The position numbers and the translations under genes are program-made. From contig DATDHU010000154.1 of the NCBI GenBank assembly GCA_036521415.1, positions 10,741 through 74,740 on the forward strand: a DNA stretch of 64,000 nucleotides, in the 5' to 3' direction. Source of the DNA: Acidimicrobiales bacterium. GTDB lineage: Bacteria; Actinomycetota; Acidimicrobiia; Acidimicrobiales; RAAP-2. Within the stretch, counting starts at the first letter, position 1; each line of letters begins with the position of its first letter. Of this stretch, positions 45,424 to 53,989 are shown piece after piece. A model generated the notes under the pieces. It ran no database searches. It saw only the letters and a program-made list of their open reading frames with translations, and was not told where the DNA came from.

Positions 45424-46494
45424 GTGACTGCTCTCGGCACCAGGGAGAAGATCCGGGTCGTCCAGTGGACGACCGGCAACGTCGGCCGTCGATCAGTCGT
45501 CGCCATCATGGCCAATCCTGCATTGGCGTTGGTGGGGTGTTACGCGTGGTCGGCTGACAAGGTCGGGAGAGACGTCGGCGAGTTATGCGGCAGCGCCGAT
45601 ACCGGCATTCTGGCCACCGACGACGTCAGTGCCCTCCTCGCTCTACAGCCGGATTGCGTTGTCTACAATCCCAAATGGCCTGATGTCGACGAGCTGGTGC
45701 GCATCCTGAGGGCTGGGGTCAACATCGTGACGACGGCATCGTTCATCACCGGCCATGGACTGGGCGACAACCGCCAACTGCTCATCGATGCCTGTGACCA
45801 TGGGCAGAGCTCGATCTTCGGGTCCGGGATGAACCCGGGACTGGCCAACCTGCTCGGCCTCCTATCCGCGGGTCTGTGCGATCGGGTTGATTCGATCACC
45901 GTTCTCGAGTCGGTGGACTCGACCGGGTACGATTCGCCCGAAACGGAACTGTCTGTGGGATTCGCCCGTCCAATCGATGACCCGTCCCTGCCTTCGATGA
46001 CCGCGGCGGGGACCGCCATATTCGGGGAGGCTGTAGGCCTGATGGCCGACGCACTCGGCATCGAGCTCGACGATGTCCGCTGCGAGGCGGAGTACGCGCA
46101 AACGACGCAGCATCTCGACCTTGGGTCGTGGTCGATCGCTCCCGGCTGCGTTGCCGGAGTGGCTGCGAACTGGCAGGGCATCGTGGCGGACCGACCCGTC
46201 GTACAGCTGAAGACCCGATGGCGAAAGGGCAGCCATCTCGAACCAGACTGGCAAATCGAGCACGGTTACATCATCGATATTCAAGGTCAACCATGTGTAA
46301 AGACCAAACTAGAGGTCTATCCAGCGGCAGACTTCCAAGCGACGACCTTCGCCGACTACATGGTTCTCGGGATGATCATGACGGCCCTCCCGGCAATCAA
46401 CGCCATCCCCCAGGTGTGCCGGGCGCGGCCAGGAATCGTCACGTATCTCGATCTCCCCTTCATAGCGCCGCAGGGCTGGGTTCCTACACGCTGA
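45424..46494 (+). CDS. DapB-like NAD(P)-binding protein (amine dehydrogenase family)
   Basis: GTG 45424. IRVVQWTTGNVGRRSVVAIMANPALALVGCYAWS.DKVGRDVGELCG, then GVNIVTTASF and IFGSGMNPG. Confidence 0.65.
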   Translation: MTALGTREKIRVVQWTTGNVGRRSVVAIMANPALALVGCYAWSADKVGRDVGELCGSADTGILATDDVSALLALQPDCVVYNPKWPDVDELVRILRAGVNIVTTASFITGHGLGDNRQLLIDACDHGQSSIFGSGMNPGLANLLGLLSAGLCDRVDSITVLESVDSTGYDSPETELSVGFARPIDDPSLPSMTAAGTAIFGEAVGLMADALGIELDDVRCEAEYAQTTQHLDLGSWSIAPGCVAGVAANWQGIVADRPVVQLKTRWRKGSHLEPDWQIEHGYIIDIQGQPCVKTKLEVYPAADFQATTFADYMVLGMIMTALPAINAIPQVCRARPGIVTYLDLPFIAPQGWVPTR

Positions 46495-46539
46495 GTGAGT
46501 GCGGGGTTCGCAAGGCCATTTGGCCCCACCTTGGGGTTC

Positions 46540-46878
46540 TCAGACGTCTGTTTTGGGTATGACACTTTTGTTGCCCCAACCCTCGGGGTTCGAGATGTAG
46601 TCATCACCCTTTGGCAGGCTGAACCAGACCGTCTTGCCCGAATCGTTCTCAACGACGCCCCACTGGTCTGACAAGTCGCGGACCAGTGGAAGTCCTCGAC
46701 CGTGGTCGTCGATGTTATGCACCGACTCGACTAGCACCGGCAACACATCGCTCTCGTCGATGACCTCCACACGGAGGGCACCCCCGGGATCGCTGAGCAC
46801 GACCTCAACCGGTGAGTGTGCGTGCAACACGGCATTGGTCACTACTTCGCTGATGAGAAGCTCGGCCACGAAGACCAT
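46540..46878 (-). CDS. anti-sigma factor Ser kinase (HATPase_c_2, RsbW-like); annotated from the only ATG, but homology extends upstream without a start codon
   Basis: LLISEVVTNAVLHAHSP and DDHGRGLPLVRDLSDQWG. The 46 in-frame codons upstream (..RFPAELASASAAREFVRTALHDWPPD) look like the family N-terminus but contain no ATG, GTG or TTG. Confidence 0.65.
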   Translation of the reverse strand: MVFVAELLISEVVTNAVLHAHSPVEVVLSDPGGALRVEVIDESDVLPVLVESVHNIDDHGRGLPLVRDLSDQWGVVENDSGKTVWFSLPKGDDYISNPEGWGNKSVIPKTDV

Positions 46879-47089
46879 GTCCGGAGGCCAGTCATGCAGC
46901 GCCGTCCGTACGAATTCGCGGGCGGCCGATGCGCTGGCAAGTTCGGCCGGAAACCGACTCGTGACCGGGTCGCGCCGCTCATTCGATGATCTATATGCAC
47001 GGAGGATGGTCCGAACCTACCCAGGCCCACCGATTGGAAACCCCTTCGGGCAGAACGAGTCTTTAGCACGCAGAAGGCATTGACGTGGT

Positions 47090-47326
47090 TTGAACAATGC
47101 GAGTGACGGGAACATCACAGCGTGCGGATCGAAGGATCCACAAAAACGGGGAGCTACACAATTGCTGGTTCTGCTTGCATTGCTTTTGGTCATCATCTTC
47201 GCTGGCTTGGGTTTTGCCCTTCACGTCCTTTGGATCGTGGCTGCCGTACTGCTGGTGCTGTGGCTGATCGGGTTCGTCGTCGGCCGAGGCGAGGGCTCAG
47301 GGAGGCACGGGTTCTATCGTTGGTAG
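47090..47326 (+). CDS. small two-TM membrane protein (lmo0937-like)
   Basis: LLVLLALLLVIIFAGLGFALHVLWIVAAVLLVLWLIGFVVGRG. The likely true start is TTG 47162, which follows GGGGAG. Confidence 0.5.
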   Translation: MNNASDGNITACGSKDPQKRGATQLLVLLALLLVIIFAGLGFALHVLWIVAAVLLVLWLIGFVVGRGEGSGRHGFYRW

Positions 47327-47342
47327 TCGCGGCTGAACTCAT

Positions 47343-47669
47343 GTGATGCCGTTTCAGCCCGACTACTCAGCGGAGGCCCATGGTGTCGGTGACGAGGAAC
47401 CGGTGGTCGTAGTCCGAGGTGAAGTGGATCTCGTCACCGCCCCTTGGCTCGCAACTCTGCTCACCGAGGTCTTGCGCCATGATCCGAAACGAATCGTGGT
47501 CGACCTCACTGCGGTGACCTTCTTCAATGCCAGAGGCGCTGCCGTCATCGCATCTGTCCGGAGGCAACTGCCCGCTCACTTTGAACTCGTTCTGCGCAGG
47601 CCGAATCCACTCGTCCGCTGGCTGCTGCAACTCGCAGAGCTGGACGGTCCTTGCCTCATCGAGGGTTAG
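47343..47669 (+). CDS. STAS domain anti-sigma-factor antagonist
   Basis: VVVVRGEVDLVTAPWL.., IVVDLTAVTFFNARGAAVI; 108 aa. Confidence 0.75.
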   Translation: MMPFQPDYSAEAHGVGDEEPVVVVRGEVDLVTAPWLATLLTEVLRHDPKRIVVDLTAVTFFNARGAAVIASVRRQLPAHFELVLRRPNPLVRWLLQLAELDGPCLIEG

Positions 47670-47780
47670 CCATCACTCTGTAGTACATGACCGACATCGT
47701 GAGCAGAGCCACCGTCAGCCAGACCTCCAACTTTGGGTGGTCCTCGGTTCACATCGGTGTGGAGGACTACGACCGCCCTT

Positions 47781-47800
47781 GTCGGGTCACGTGACCCGAC
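47781..47800. terminator. perfect 20-bp palindrome (8-bp stem, 4-nt loop) between convergent genes; candidate bidirectional terminator
   Basis: GTCGGGTC-ACGT-GACCCGAC. Confidence 0.5.
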
Positions 47801-47812
47801 GGTCATCGAACT

Positions 47813-48790
47813 TCAGACGAGAAGCGTCTTGGCAACGGTCTCACGGGCTTCGATCGCAAGATGGGCCTTCGCTGCCTCAGCCAATGAGAAGGTTTGGCCC
47901 ACCAGTGGGACCAGCTGTCCGGCACCCAGTTCGGCGAGAACGGCGTTAAGCAGCCGAGACCGGTCGCCCTCGCCGTACTGGAGGTCGGCGATGGTGGTCA
48001 CGGTCACGCCACGACGCTCCATCTCGCCCGCGTCGATGGGTGCGAACGAGCCACTCGGGGTGCCGTGGGCCGAGAACCGCCCACCGTCGGCAATCAACCC
48101 GAAGGCTTCTCCGCCGGTCGTGCCGCCGACGCCGTCTAGCACGATGGTCGGTCGGCGTCCACCGGTGGCGTCAAGGACCGCTTGGGTCCAGCCCGGTTCG
48201 CCGTAGTCCACTGCGGCTGCTGCTCCGGCTCCCGCCACGACCTCTCGTTTCGTGGACCCCCGTGCGGCGCCAACAACGTTTGTTCCTCCGTTGGTGAGCA
48301 GTTGTACGAGAAGGATCCCCATGCCGCCGGCAGCGGCCAGGACGAGCGCCCACTCCCCGTCCTCGGGCGCCGTCTTCTCCAGGACGCGCAGCGCCGTGCT
48401 GCCGTCGTGGAGCACTGCGGTGGCGTCGAGGAGGTCTACTCCGTCGGGCACCGGGGCGCAGTCCTCGAGGTCGACTGCCGCCAATTCGGAGTAGCCGCCG
48501 GTGCCGCCGGGTCCGCCCGTGTGCGCCACCACCGGCCGGTCACGCCAGTCGGCGTCGACTCCGTCGCCGAGGGCGGTAACCGTGCCGCCCACGCCGTTGC
48601 CCGGCACGTACGGCGGTCGGATCGGGAAGTAGCCGGCGCCCCTACCGGAACGGATCATGGTGTCCACGAACAACACGTCACAGGCCGAGGTCGCAACGAC
48701 GACCTGCCCGGGCCCAGGCGCGGGATCCGGTAGGTCGCGCAACTCGAGGACTTCTGGTCCGCCGAAGCGTGCCACCTCGACGGCGCGCAT
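47813..48790 (-). CDS. zinc-type/quinone oxidoreductase (MDR superfamily)
   Basis: MRAVEVARFGGPEVLELRDLPDPAPGPGQVVV, AAAGGMG; 325 aa. Confidence 0.85.
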   Translation of the reverse strand: MRAVEVARFGGPEVLELRDLPDPAPGPGQVVVATSACDVLFVDTMIRSGRGAGYFPIRPPYVPGNGVGGTVTALGDGVDADWRDRPVVAHTGGPGGTGGYSELAAVDLEDCAPVPDGVDLLDATAVLHDGSTALRVLEKTAPEDGEWALVLAAAGGMGILLVQLLTNGGTNVVGAARGSTKREVVAGAGAAAAVDYGEPGWTQAVLDATGGRRPTIVLDGVGGTTGGEAFGLIADGGRFSAHGTPSGSFAPIDAGEMERRGVTVTTIADLQYGEGDRSRLLNAVLAELGAGQLVPLVGQTFSLAEAAKAHLAIEARETVAKTLLV

Positions 48791-48791
48791 G

Positions 48792-49220
48792 TCAGGCCAC
48801 CTCGTTCCCGGTACGGGTGGGGGTCAAGTCCCGCGTCGCGAAGCCCGGGTGGTCAGGGTCCACATTGAACGAGACGATGCGTCGGGGATGGATCCGGATG
48901 ATCTCGGGCGCCAGATGGCCTTGCGGGTCGTCGCTGTCAACCGCAGTCTCGGCGACGCCGCGGATCTCGAGAAAGTGGGCACCTTCCATCGACGGTTCGG
49001 TGACCTCATCGACGACGAAGGCCACGTGTGGATTGGCCTGGACGTTGCGGTACTTGGCGCTGGCGCTCATGTTGAACCCGGTGATGTCGATGGTGCCAAG
49101 CGCCGAGTTGTACGCAAAGCCCAGCGGCTTGACCTGAGGGGTCCCGTTCCGGCCCAGCGTGGCCAGGTGACCACGGGGGTGGCGGGCGAGGAACCGTACT
49201 TCCGCTTCGTGAAAGGTCAT
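48792..49220 (-). CDS. PPOX-class F420-dependent oxidoreductase
   Basis: FLARHPRGHLATLGRNGTPQVKPLGF, NVQANPHVAFVVDE, LEIRG.AE. Confidence 0.8.
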   Translation of the reverse strand: MTFHEAEVRFLARHPRGHLATLGRNGTPQVKPLGFAYNSALGTIDITGFNMSASAKYRNVQANPHVAFVVDEVTEPSMEGAHFLEIRGVAETAVDSDDPQGHLAPEIIRIHPRRIVSFNVDPDHPGFATRDLTPTRTGNEVA

Positions 49221-49435
49221 GGTGAATAGGCTAAAACCTCAAGTGAAGTTGAAGTCAAGACCCTGTGGTGAATCTCAATCCGGGACCTTTGACCCTGCCC
49301 GTCCGGGTTGGCTCCACAATCTTGCTATTCCTAATTCCTCGTGGATTGCCAAGCTGGTGGCGCTGGCTAGCAAGCTGATCGCTGTGCCTTCACACCCCGC
49401 CCGGTTCGGTCGAAGGACGCCATTGTCCGTTGTGA

Positions 49436-49678
49436 TCATTTCCTGGCCTTCGTCGAGGACCTGCTCACCGCCCCGATCACCGGCGCCATGACCAACCAAA
49501 GTCCGATGGTGACCACCATCGACGTCAGATAACCAAAAGGACGAATGCCTACGTCCTGGTAGACGATTCCCGCAAAGATCATCAACAACCAGGAGCTCAC
49601 GAAAAACAGAGGACCTGCCGACACCACCTTGAAGAAATCTCCCACGACTAGACACCTCCCAACCGCCACAATAGACAA
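49436..49678 (-). CDS. small hypothetical membrane protein
   Basis: 80 aa with two or three hydrophobic segments, in an AT-richer patch. No homology recognised. Confidence 0.35.
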   Translation of the reverse strand: MSIVAVGRCLVVGDFFKVVSAGPLFFVSSWLLMIFAGIVYQDVGIRPFGYLTSMVVTIGLWLVMAPVIGAVSRSSTKARK

Positions 49679-49795
49679 CCGTGGTCAGCGATCGGGGAAC
49701 CCGAATCTGCCGGGACCGGTGGGGCCGCTGGCACGTCCGTGGACCCTTGCGACGGCCACATCGGTGACAAGCTGGCGGGGGTGAGAAAAGTGGGC

Positions 49796-50026
49796 TTACT
49801 TGATATCAGTAGCTGCTTCAGTCACCAGTATTTTGGCGAGGGTTGTGGACTCGCCAACGAGCTGATCAAGCGCCGACTTCAGGGCGCTATTCACCCTTTC
49901 GCGAGGGAACTCAATCACAAGGTCTTGCCAACTGTCGCCGATTTCCGCCTCAACCGTCGCCACCAATCGCCAACCAGCCTCGATCCCGTCGTCTCTACTT
50001 ATCTTGATGGCCTTGAGTCCAAGCAT
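49796..50026 (-). CDS. hypothetical 76-aa protein
   Basis: Non-GC-biased composition makes a shadow ORF unlikely. No motif recognised. Confidence 0.4.
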   Translation of the reverse strand: MLGLKAIKISRDDGIEAGWRLVATVEAEIGDSWQDLVIEFPRERVNSALKSALDQLVGESTTLAKILVTEAATDIK

Positions 50027-50172
50027 GTCCCGAGACTAAACCACCACTCCGTGCCTGGTCTTGAGGCGCTGCGCCCCCCCGTCAAGGCCACCGCCACATC
50101 CGTCACCGCCACGCCCGTCGCCACCGCAACCAGCTGCGCGACGGTGCCGGTGCTGGACCGCTCGCGTAATCA

Positions 50173-50226
50173 CGACCGACCTCCCAACCCCGACCGACCT
50201 CCCAACCCCGACTGACCTCCCAACCG
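50173..50226. repeat. 18-bp intergenic tandem repeat x3
   Basis: cgaccgacctcccaaccc twice, then cgactgacctcccaaccg. Confidence 0.85.
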
Positions 50227-50442
50227 CGCCGAGGTCGAATTGGATCATCGCGCCCGAATCCGAGCTGGTCGCACAGCTGGCGCCTGGGGTAGAACCACAC
50301 TGTCACAAACGGTATAGTGTCGTAGTCTGAGAGGGGGGCAGGGCATGAACTACTGGAAGGTCGTCGTGGTGAGCAGGATGGGACTTGCCCGTGGTCGATC
50401 CGTCCACCTCGGCGGCCCCGTTGTCCACCGGGCGCGGCTCCG

Positions 50443-51498
50443 GTGAGAACCGAGCTGTCGCCGCCGTTCGATCCGGTACCGTCACAGTTGGACGACGTGC
50501 TCGACATCACGTGGTTGAGCCATGCCCTGAGCTTGCGCCATATGGACTGCCGGGTGCGCGCCGTCGAAGTCAGCGGCAGCCGCACCACCGTCGCCAGCAA
50601 GCACTTTGTCGACGTCGACTTCGAGGACCCCGGTTCACCGCCGGCACCGCGGCGTCTGTGCATCAAGGCGTACTTCGGGGAGAGCCAAGCGCGATCGCGA
50701 GCCGGTGAGTCCGAGGCCCGCTTCTACCGCGACTGTGCGCCAACCACGGCGACCAGGATCCCTGCCTGCAGCTACGTGGGGTTGGACGAAGAATCTGGAT
50801 CCTCGATCTTGATCCTCGAGGACCTCAACGCGGCGGGAGCAACCCCGCTGGATGCCCTGCATCGGTTCACTCCCGAGCTCTCGGCCGCAACCCTTCGACA
50901 GCTCGCCTGCCGGCACGCCGAGACGTGGGGGGACGCCAAGCTCTACGAACCGTGGCTGGCTCCCCGAATGCTGTCGATATCGCAGCACGTCACATCCGAA
51001 CATTTGCAGGGACTCCTCGACCGCCCGCGGGCCAACGGCCTCTCGGAGGCCACTCGCACCGGGACGCGGGTGCTGGCCGCGATGCAGACCGTTGGCCACA
51101 TGCCCGAGGACTCGCCTCGCTGCATGCTCCACGGCGATACCCATGCCGGCAACATCTTCGACAGCGCAGCCGGGCCCGGCCTGCTCGATTGGCAGCTCGT
51201 CCAGCGTGGCTCGTGGGCCACCGACGTCGCGTATCACATCGGTTCGGTGCTCGAGACGGAAGACCGACGACGATCCGAGTGGGATCTGCTGGGTACCTAC
51301 CTGGACTACCTGGGCGAATACGGCGTCACTGCGCCGGCATGGGAATCGGCGGTCATGGCCTACCGGCAGCATCTGGCCTACGGCCTCTTCCTCTGGGCCA
51401 TGACCCAGTACACGCCCGAGGAGCTCACCACGGCGACGCTGCAGCGCATCGGCCACGCCGTCGAGGACCACGGGACCTTCGAACTGCTGGGTGTCTGA
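50443..51498 (+). CDS. phosphotransferase family protein (APH/EcKL kinase fold)
   Basis: LHGDTHAGNIF and LLDWQLVQRGSWATDVAY catalytic/Mg loops. GTG start at 50443; the exact start is uncertain. Confidence 0.75.
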   Translation: MRTELSPPFDPVPSQLDDVLDITWLSHALSLRHMDCRVRAVEVSGSRTTVASKHFVDVDFEDPGSPPAPRRLCIKAYFGESQARSRAGESEARFYRDCAPTTATRIPACSYVGLDEESGSSILILEDLNAAGATPLDALHRFTPELSAATLRQLACRHAETWGDAKLYEPWLAPRMLSISQHVTSEHLQGLLDRPRANGLSEATRTGTRVLAAMQTVGHMPEDSPRCMLHGDTHAGNIFDSAAGPGLLDWQLVQRGSWATDVAYHIGSVLETEDRRRSEWDLLGTYLDYLGEYGVTAPAWESAVMAYRQHLAYGLFLWAMTQYTPEELTTATLQRIGHAVEDHGTFELLGV

Positions 51499-51583
51499 GC
51501 TCGAGCCAGTGAACACGGTGTAGGCCACGTGGGGGACGGACATCCCGGGGACGCGGACGGCGACCCCCTGAGCGGGGATCCGG

Positions 51584-53197
51584 TCAGCCGCCCTTCAGCC
51601 GGTCGCGAAGGACGAATTTCTGGACCTTGCCTGAGGGCGTTCGGGGAAAGTCATCCACCTCGACCAGGTGCTCGGGCCATTTCTGCCGCGCCAGCCCCGC
51701 TCGTTCCAGCTCGACGCGAATCGAGCTGAGGTCGGGAAAAGGATGACCGGGCACCATTCGGATCACCGCGGCCGCCCGCTCCCCCATCCGGGCGTCGGGG
51801 GGGGCCATTACCGCCACCTCTGCGATCCCGCGATGGTGAGTAGGACTTCTTCGACCTCAGCAGCACTGACGTTCTCGCCACCACGGATGATCACACCCCA
51901 CGTTCGGTCCAAGATGCAGACATACCCGTCAGCGTCCGGGACTCCGACGTCACCGGTTCGGTACCATCCGTCGGCATCGAACACGCTGTCCGTGAGGTCT
52001 GGATCGGTATAGCCCAAGAAGCACTCCGGGCCCCGAGTGAGGATCTCGCCCGCCTGCCCGGAGGCAACGTCGATTCCATCGGGGTCTACCAATCGAAACC
52101 TCGCAACCCGGGAGCGGCCGCCCGTCGGTGCCCAGCCGCTTCTCGAGTGCGTCGACGTGCGTGCATCCGGTTATGGAGGTGTGCTCGGTCGACCCGTACA
52201 TCCGGTAGATGTTGATACCGAGGGCCGTCGCCCGTTCGGTAACAGCCCTCGGCACCGGCGAACCACCCATCCCTTGATAGGGCAGGTTCTTCAGGTGCTC
52301 TTCTCGAAAAGAGGGATGGTCCAACAGGCTGATCAGGAAGTAGGTCGCTCCACCGTTGGTGGTCAGGTTCTCGCCCAGCATTAAGTCGAGCACGATGTTC
52401 GGGTCCCACAGGTCGAGCAGGTGCACGGGCTTGCCCTGGTCGACCGGCACCACGAGCCCGGCCAGCATGCCGATGGCGTGACTGATCGGGTTGGCGATCA
52501 GGACGGGCATGTCGTGTGGCGGTGAGGTGGCGCCGAGTTGCTGCACTTCTGCACCGACAGTCTGGTGGGAGTGGATGACACCCTTTGGCTTGGAGGTGGT
52601 CCCTGAGGTCCATTTGACCAGAGCTGGGGACGCCGGATCGGCAGGCGCCGCGGCGGTGATGGGGTCGGCCGCGGCCAGCTCGTCGAACGACGAATATCCG
52701 GGCGGGACGTCTTGGCCCACCACCACCTCCATGGTCGGTGGGGCGGGAATCGACGCCAGATTGGCCAAGAAGTCCTGCCGGCCGAACCATGAGGCCGTCA
52801 CATGGACGCGAGGTTCACATTGGCCGAGGATGTAACTGACCTCCCGGTTCCCATAGAAGTGGACGACTGGCGCGGCTACGGCTCCGAGCAGCGCGGCGCC
52901 GTAGAACGTGGCCACACCCTCGATCCAGTTCGGGGTCTGGAAGGACACCACGTCACCGACCCCTACCCCCAAACGGGAGAGTCCGCCGGCCACCCGGCGG
53001 GACAGGTCCAACAGTTCGCCGAATGTTCCGCGCCACGGGCGGGTGGCGGAGTGGACGACAAAGGGCAGGTCGCGATGAGCCGACAGGCTCTCGGCCAACC
53101 TCTGGCCCAGAGCCTGTTCCGTCCACCACCCCGCGGCGAGAACGCGCCGACGATTCTCGTCGGGCGTGACCCGTAGCACCCAGTTCCCAGCGCCCAT
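51584..53197 (-). pseudogene. AMP-dependent acyl-CoA synthetase/ligase split over three frames by two frameshifts
   Basis: The N-terminal part carries WTSGTTSKPKGV and YGSTE. A +1 shift occurs near 52085-52090 (..PLPGCEV/RLVDPDG..). The middle part carries WYRTGD and IIRGGENV. A -1 shift occurs near 51830 (..EEVLLT/H.GIAEVAVMA..). The C-terminal part carries PRTPSGKVQKF. Confidence 0.65.
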
Positions 53198-53212
53198 TTC
53201 AGAAGTCCGTTG

Positions 53213-53989
53213 TCAATAGCCCGATTGGCGTCGATCGAGAGGTTGCAGAGCTCGGCGCTTGTCTCCTGCGCCGTCGCCATGACTGCCAACACCCAGACCA
53301 CCCACGCAGAACTCCCACAACTGATCGGCGATCTCTTCGAGCGGGCCGTCGGGGCCGGCAAAGGCGTAATAGTGAAAGACAGCCATGGCCAGCTGGGTGA
53401 CGATCCAGGCGGAGTAGGCCGGGTCCACTGGGCGCAACAGTCCGGCGTCTGTCGCCACCACGATCTCCTCGTGCAAGAGGTCGGTGAACGGCTTGGTGGC
53501 CACGGCAACCTCGAGGGGGTAGAGCGACTGGAGCCGCCAGTGCTCGGCTGTGATGAACCGAGCGCTTTGCGAGTCGTTCCCGCCGACCCCCACTGCAGTC
53601 ACCACCGCGGTGACATAGAAGCGCAGCCGGGCGATGGGATCATCGAGATGGCGCGCCTCCTCCTTGAACCCGATGCATGACTCGCCCACCATCTCCTCGA
53701 TGACTGCCAGTATGAGCTGGTCCTTGCCCGAGAAATACCGGTAGAAGGTCTTGAGGGCGATCCCTGCCTCCTTGACCAGCTCCTGGGTCGTGAAGGCAGA
53801 TCCTTTCACGACAATGAGGCGCTGTGCCGCTCGGACGATCGCAGTGGCCTGCTCGACTCCTCGAGCGCGAGATCGCCGCACCACCGGGGATTGGTCGGCA
53901 GCCCGCTCGGCCCACGACACCTCCGGGACTGTATCCCTGGCCTGCGTCACGGTCGGTCGACCGGTGGGAGTCTCGTGGTCGTCCGGCAT
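53213..53989 (-). CDS. TetR/AcrR family transcriptional regulator
   Basis: ORF trimmed to ATG 53989 (TGATG overlap with the upstream stop). AFTTQELVKEAGIALKTFYRYFSGKDQL. Confidence 0.85.
   Translation of the reverse strand: MPDDHETPTGRPTVTQARDTVPEVSWAERAADQSPVVRRSRARGVEQATAIVRAAQRLIVVKGSAFTTQELVKEAGIALKTFYRYFSGKDQLILAVIEEMVGESCIGFKEEARHLDDPIARLRFYVTAVVTAVGVGGNDSQSARFITAEHWRLQSLYPLEVAVATKPFTDLLHEEIVVATDAGLLRPVDPAYSAWIVTQLAMAVFHYYAFAGPDGPLEEIADQLWEFCVGGLGVGSHGDGAGDKRRALQPLDRRQSGY

Noticed and set aside
49221-49270. Repeat-like CTTGACTTCAACTTCACTTGAG upstream of the PPOX gene, considered as an operator palindrome
   Set aside because: It is not a true inverted repeat. It contains only a short tandem ACTTCA duplication and a TTGACT -35-like box, which is insufficient to call a regulatory site.
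4247-50226. Short tandem repeats (27, 17, 14, 21 and 18 bp) considered as possible CRISPR arrays
   Set aside because: The copies are directly adjacent with no spacers, the units are too short, there are only 2-4 copies, and no cas genes are present.
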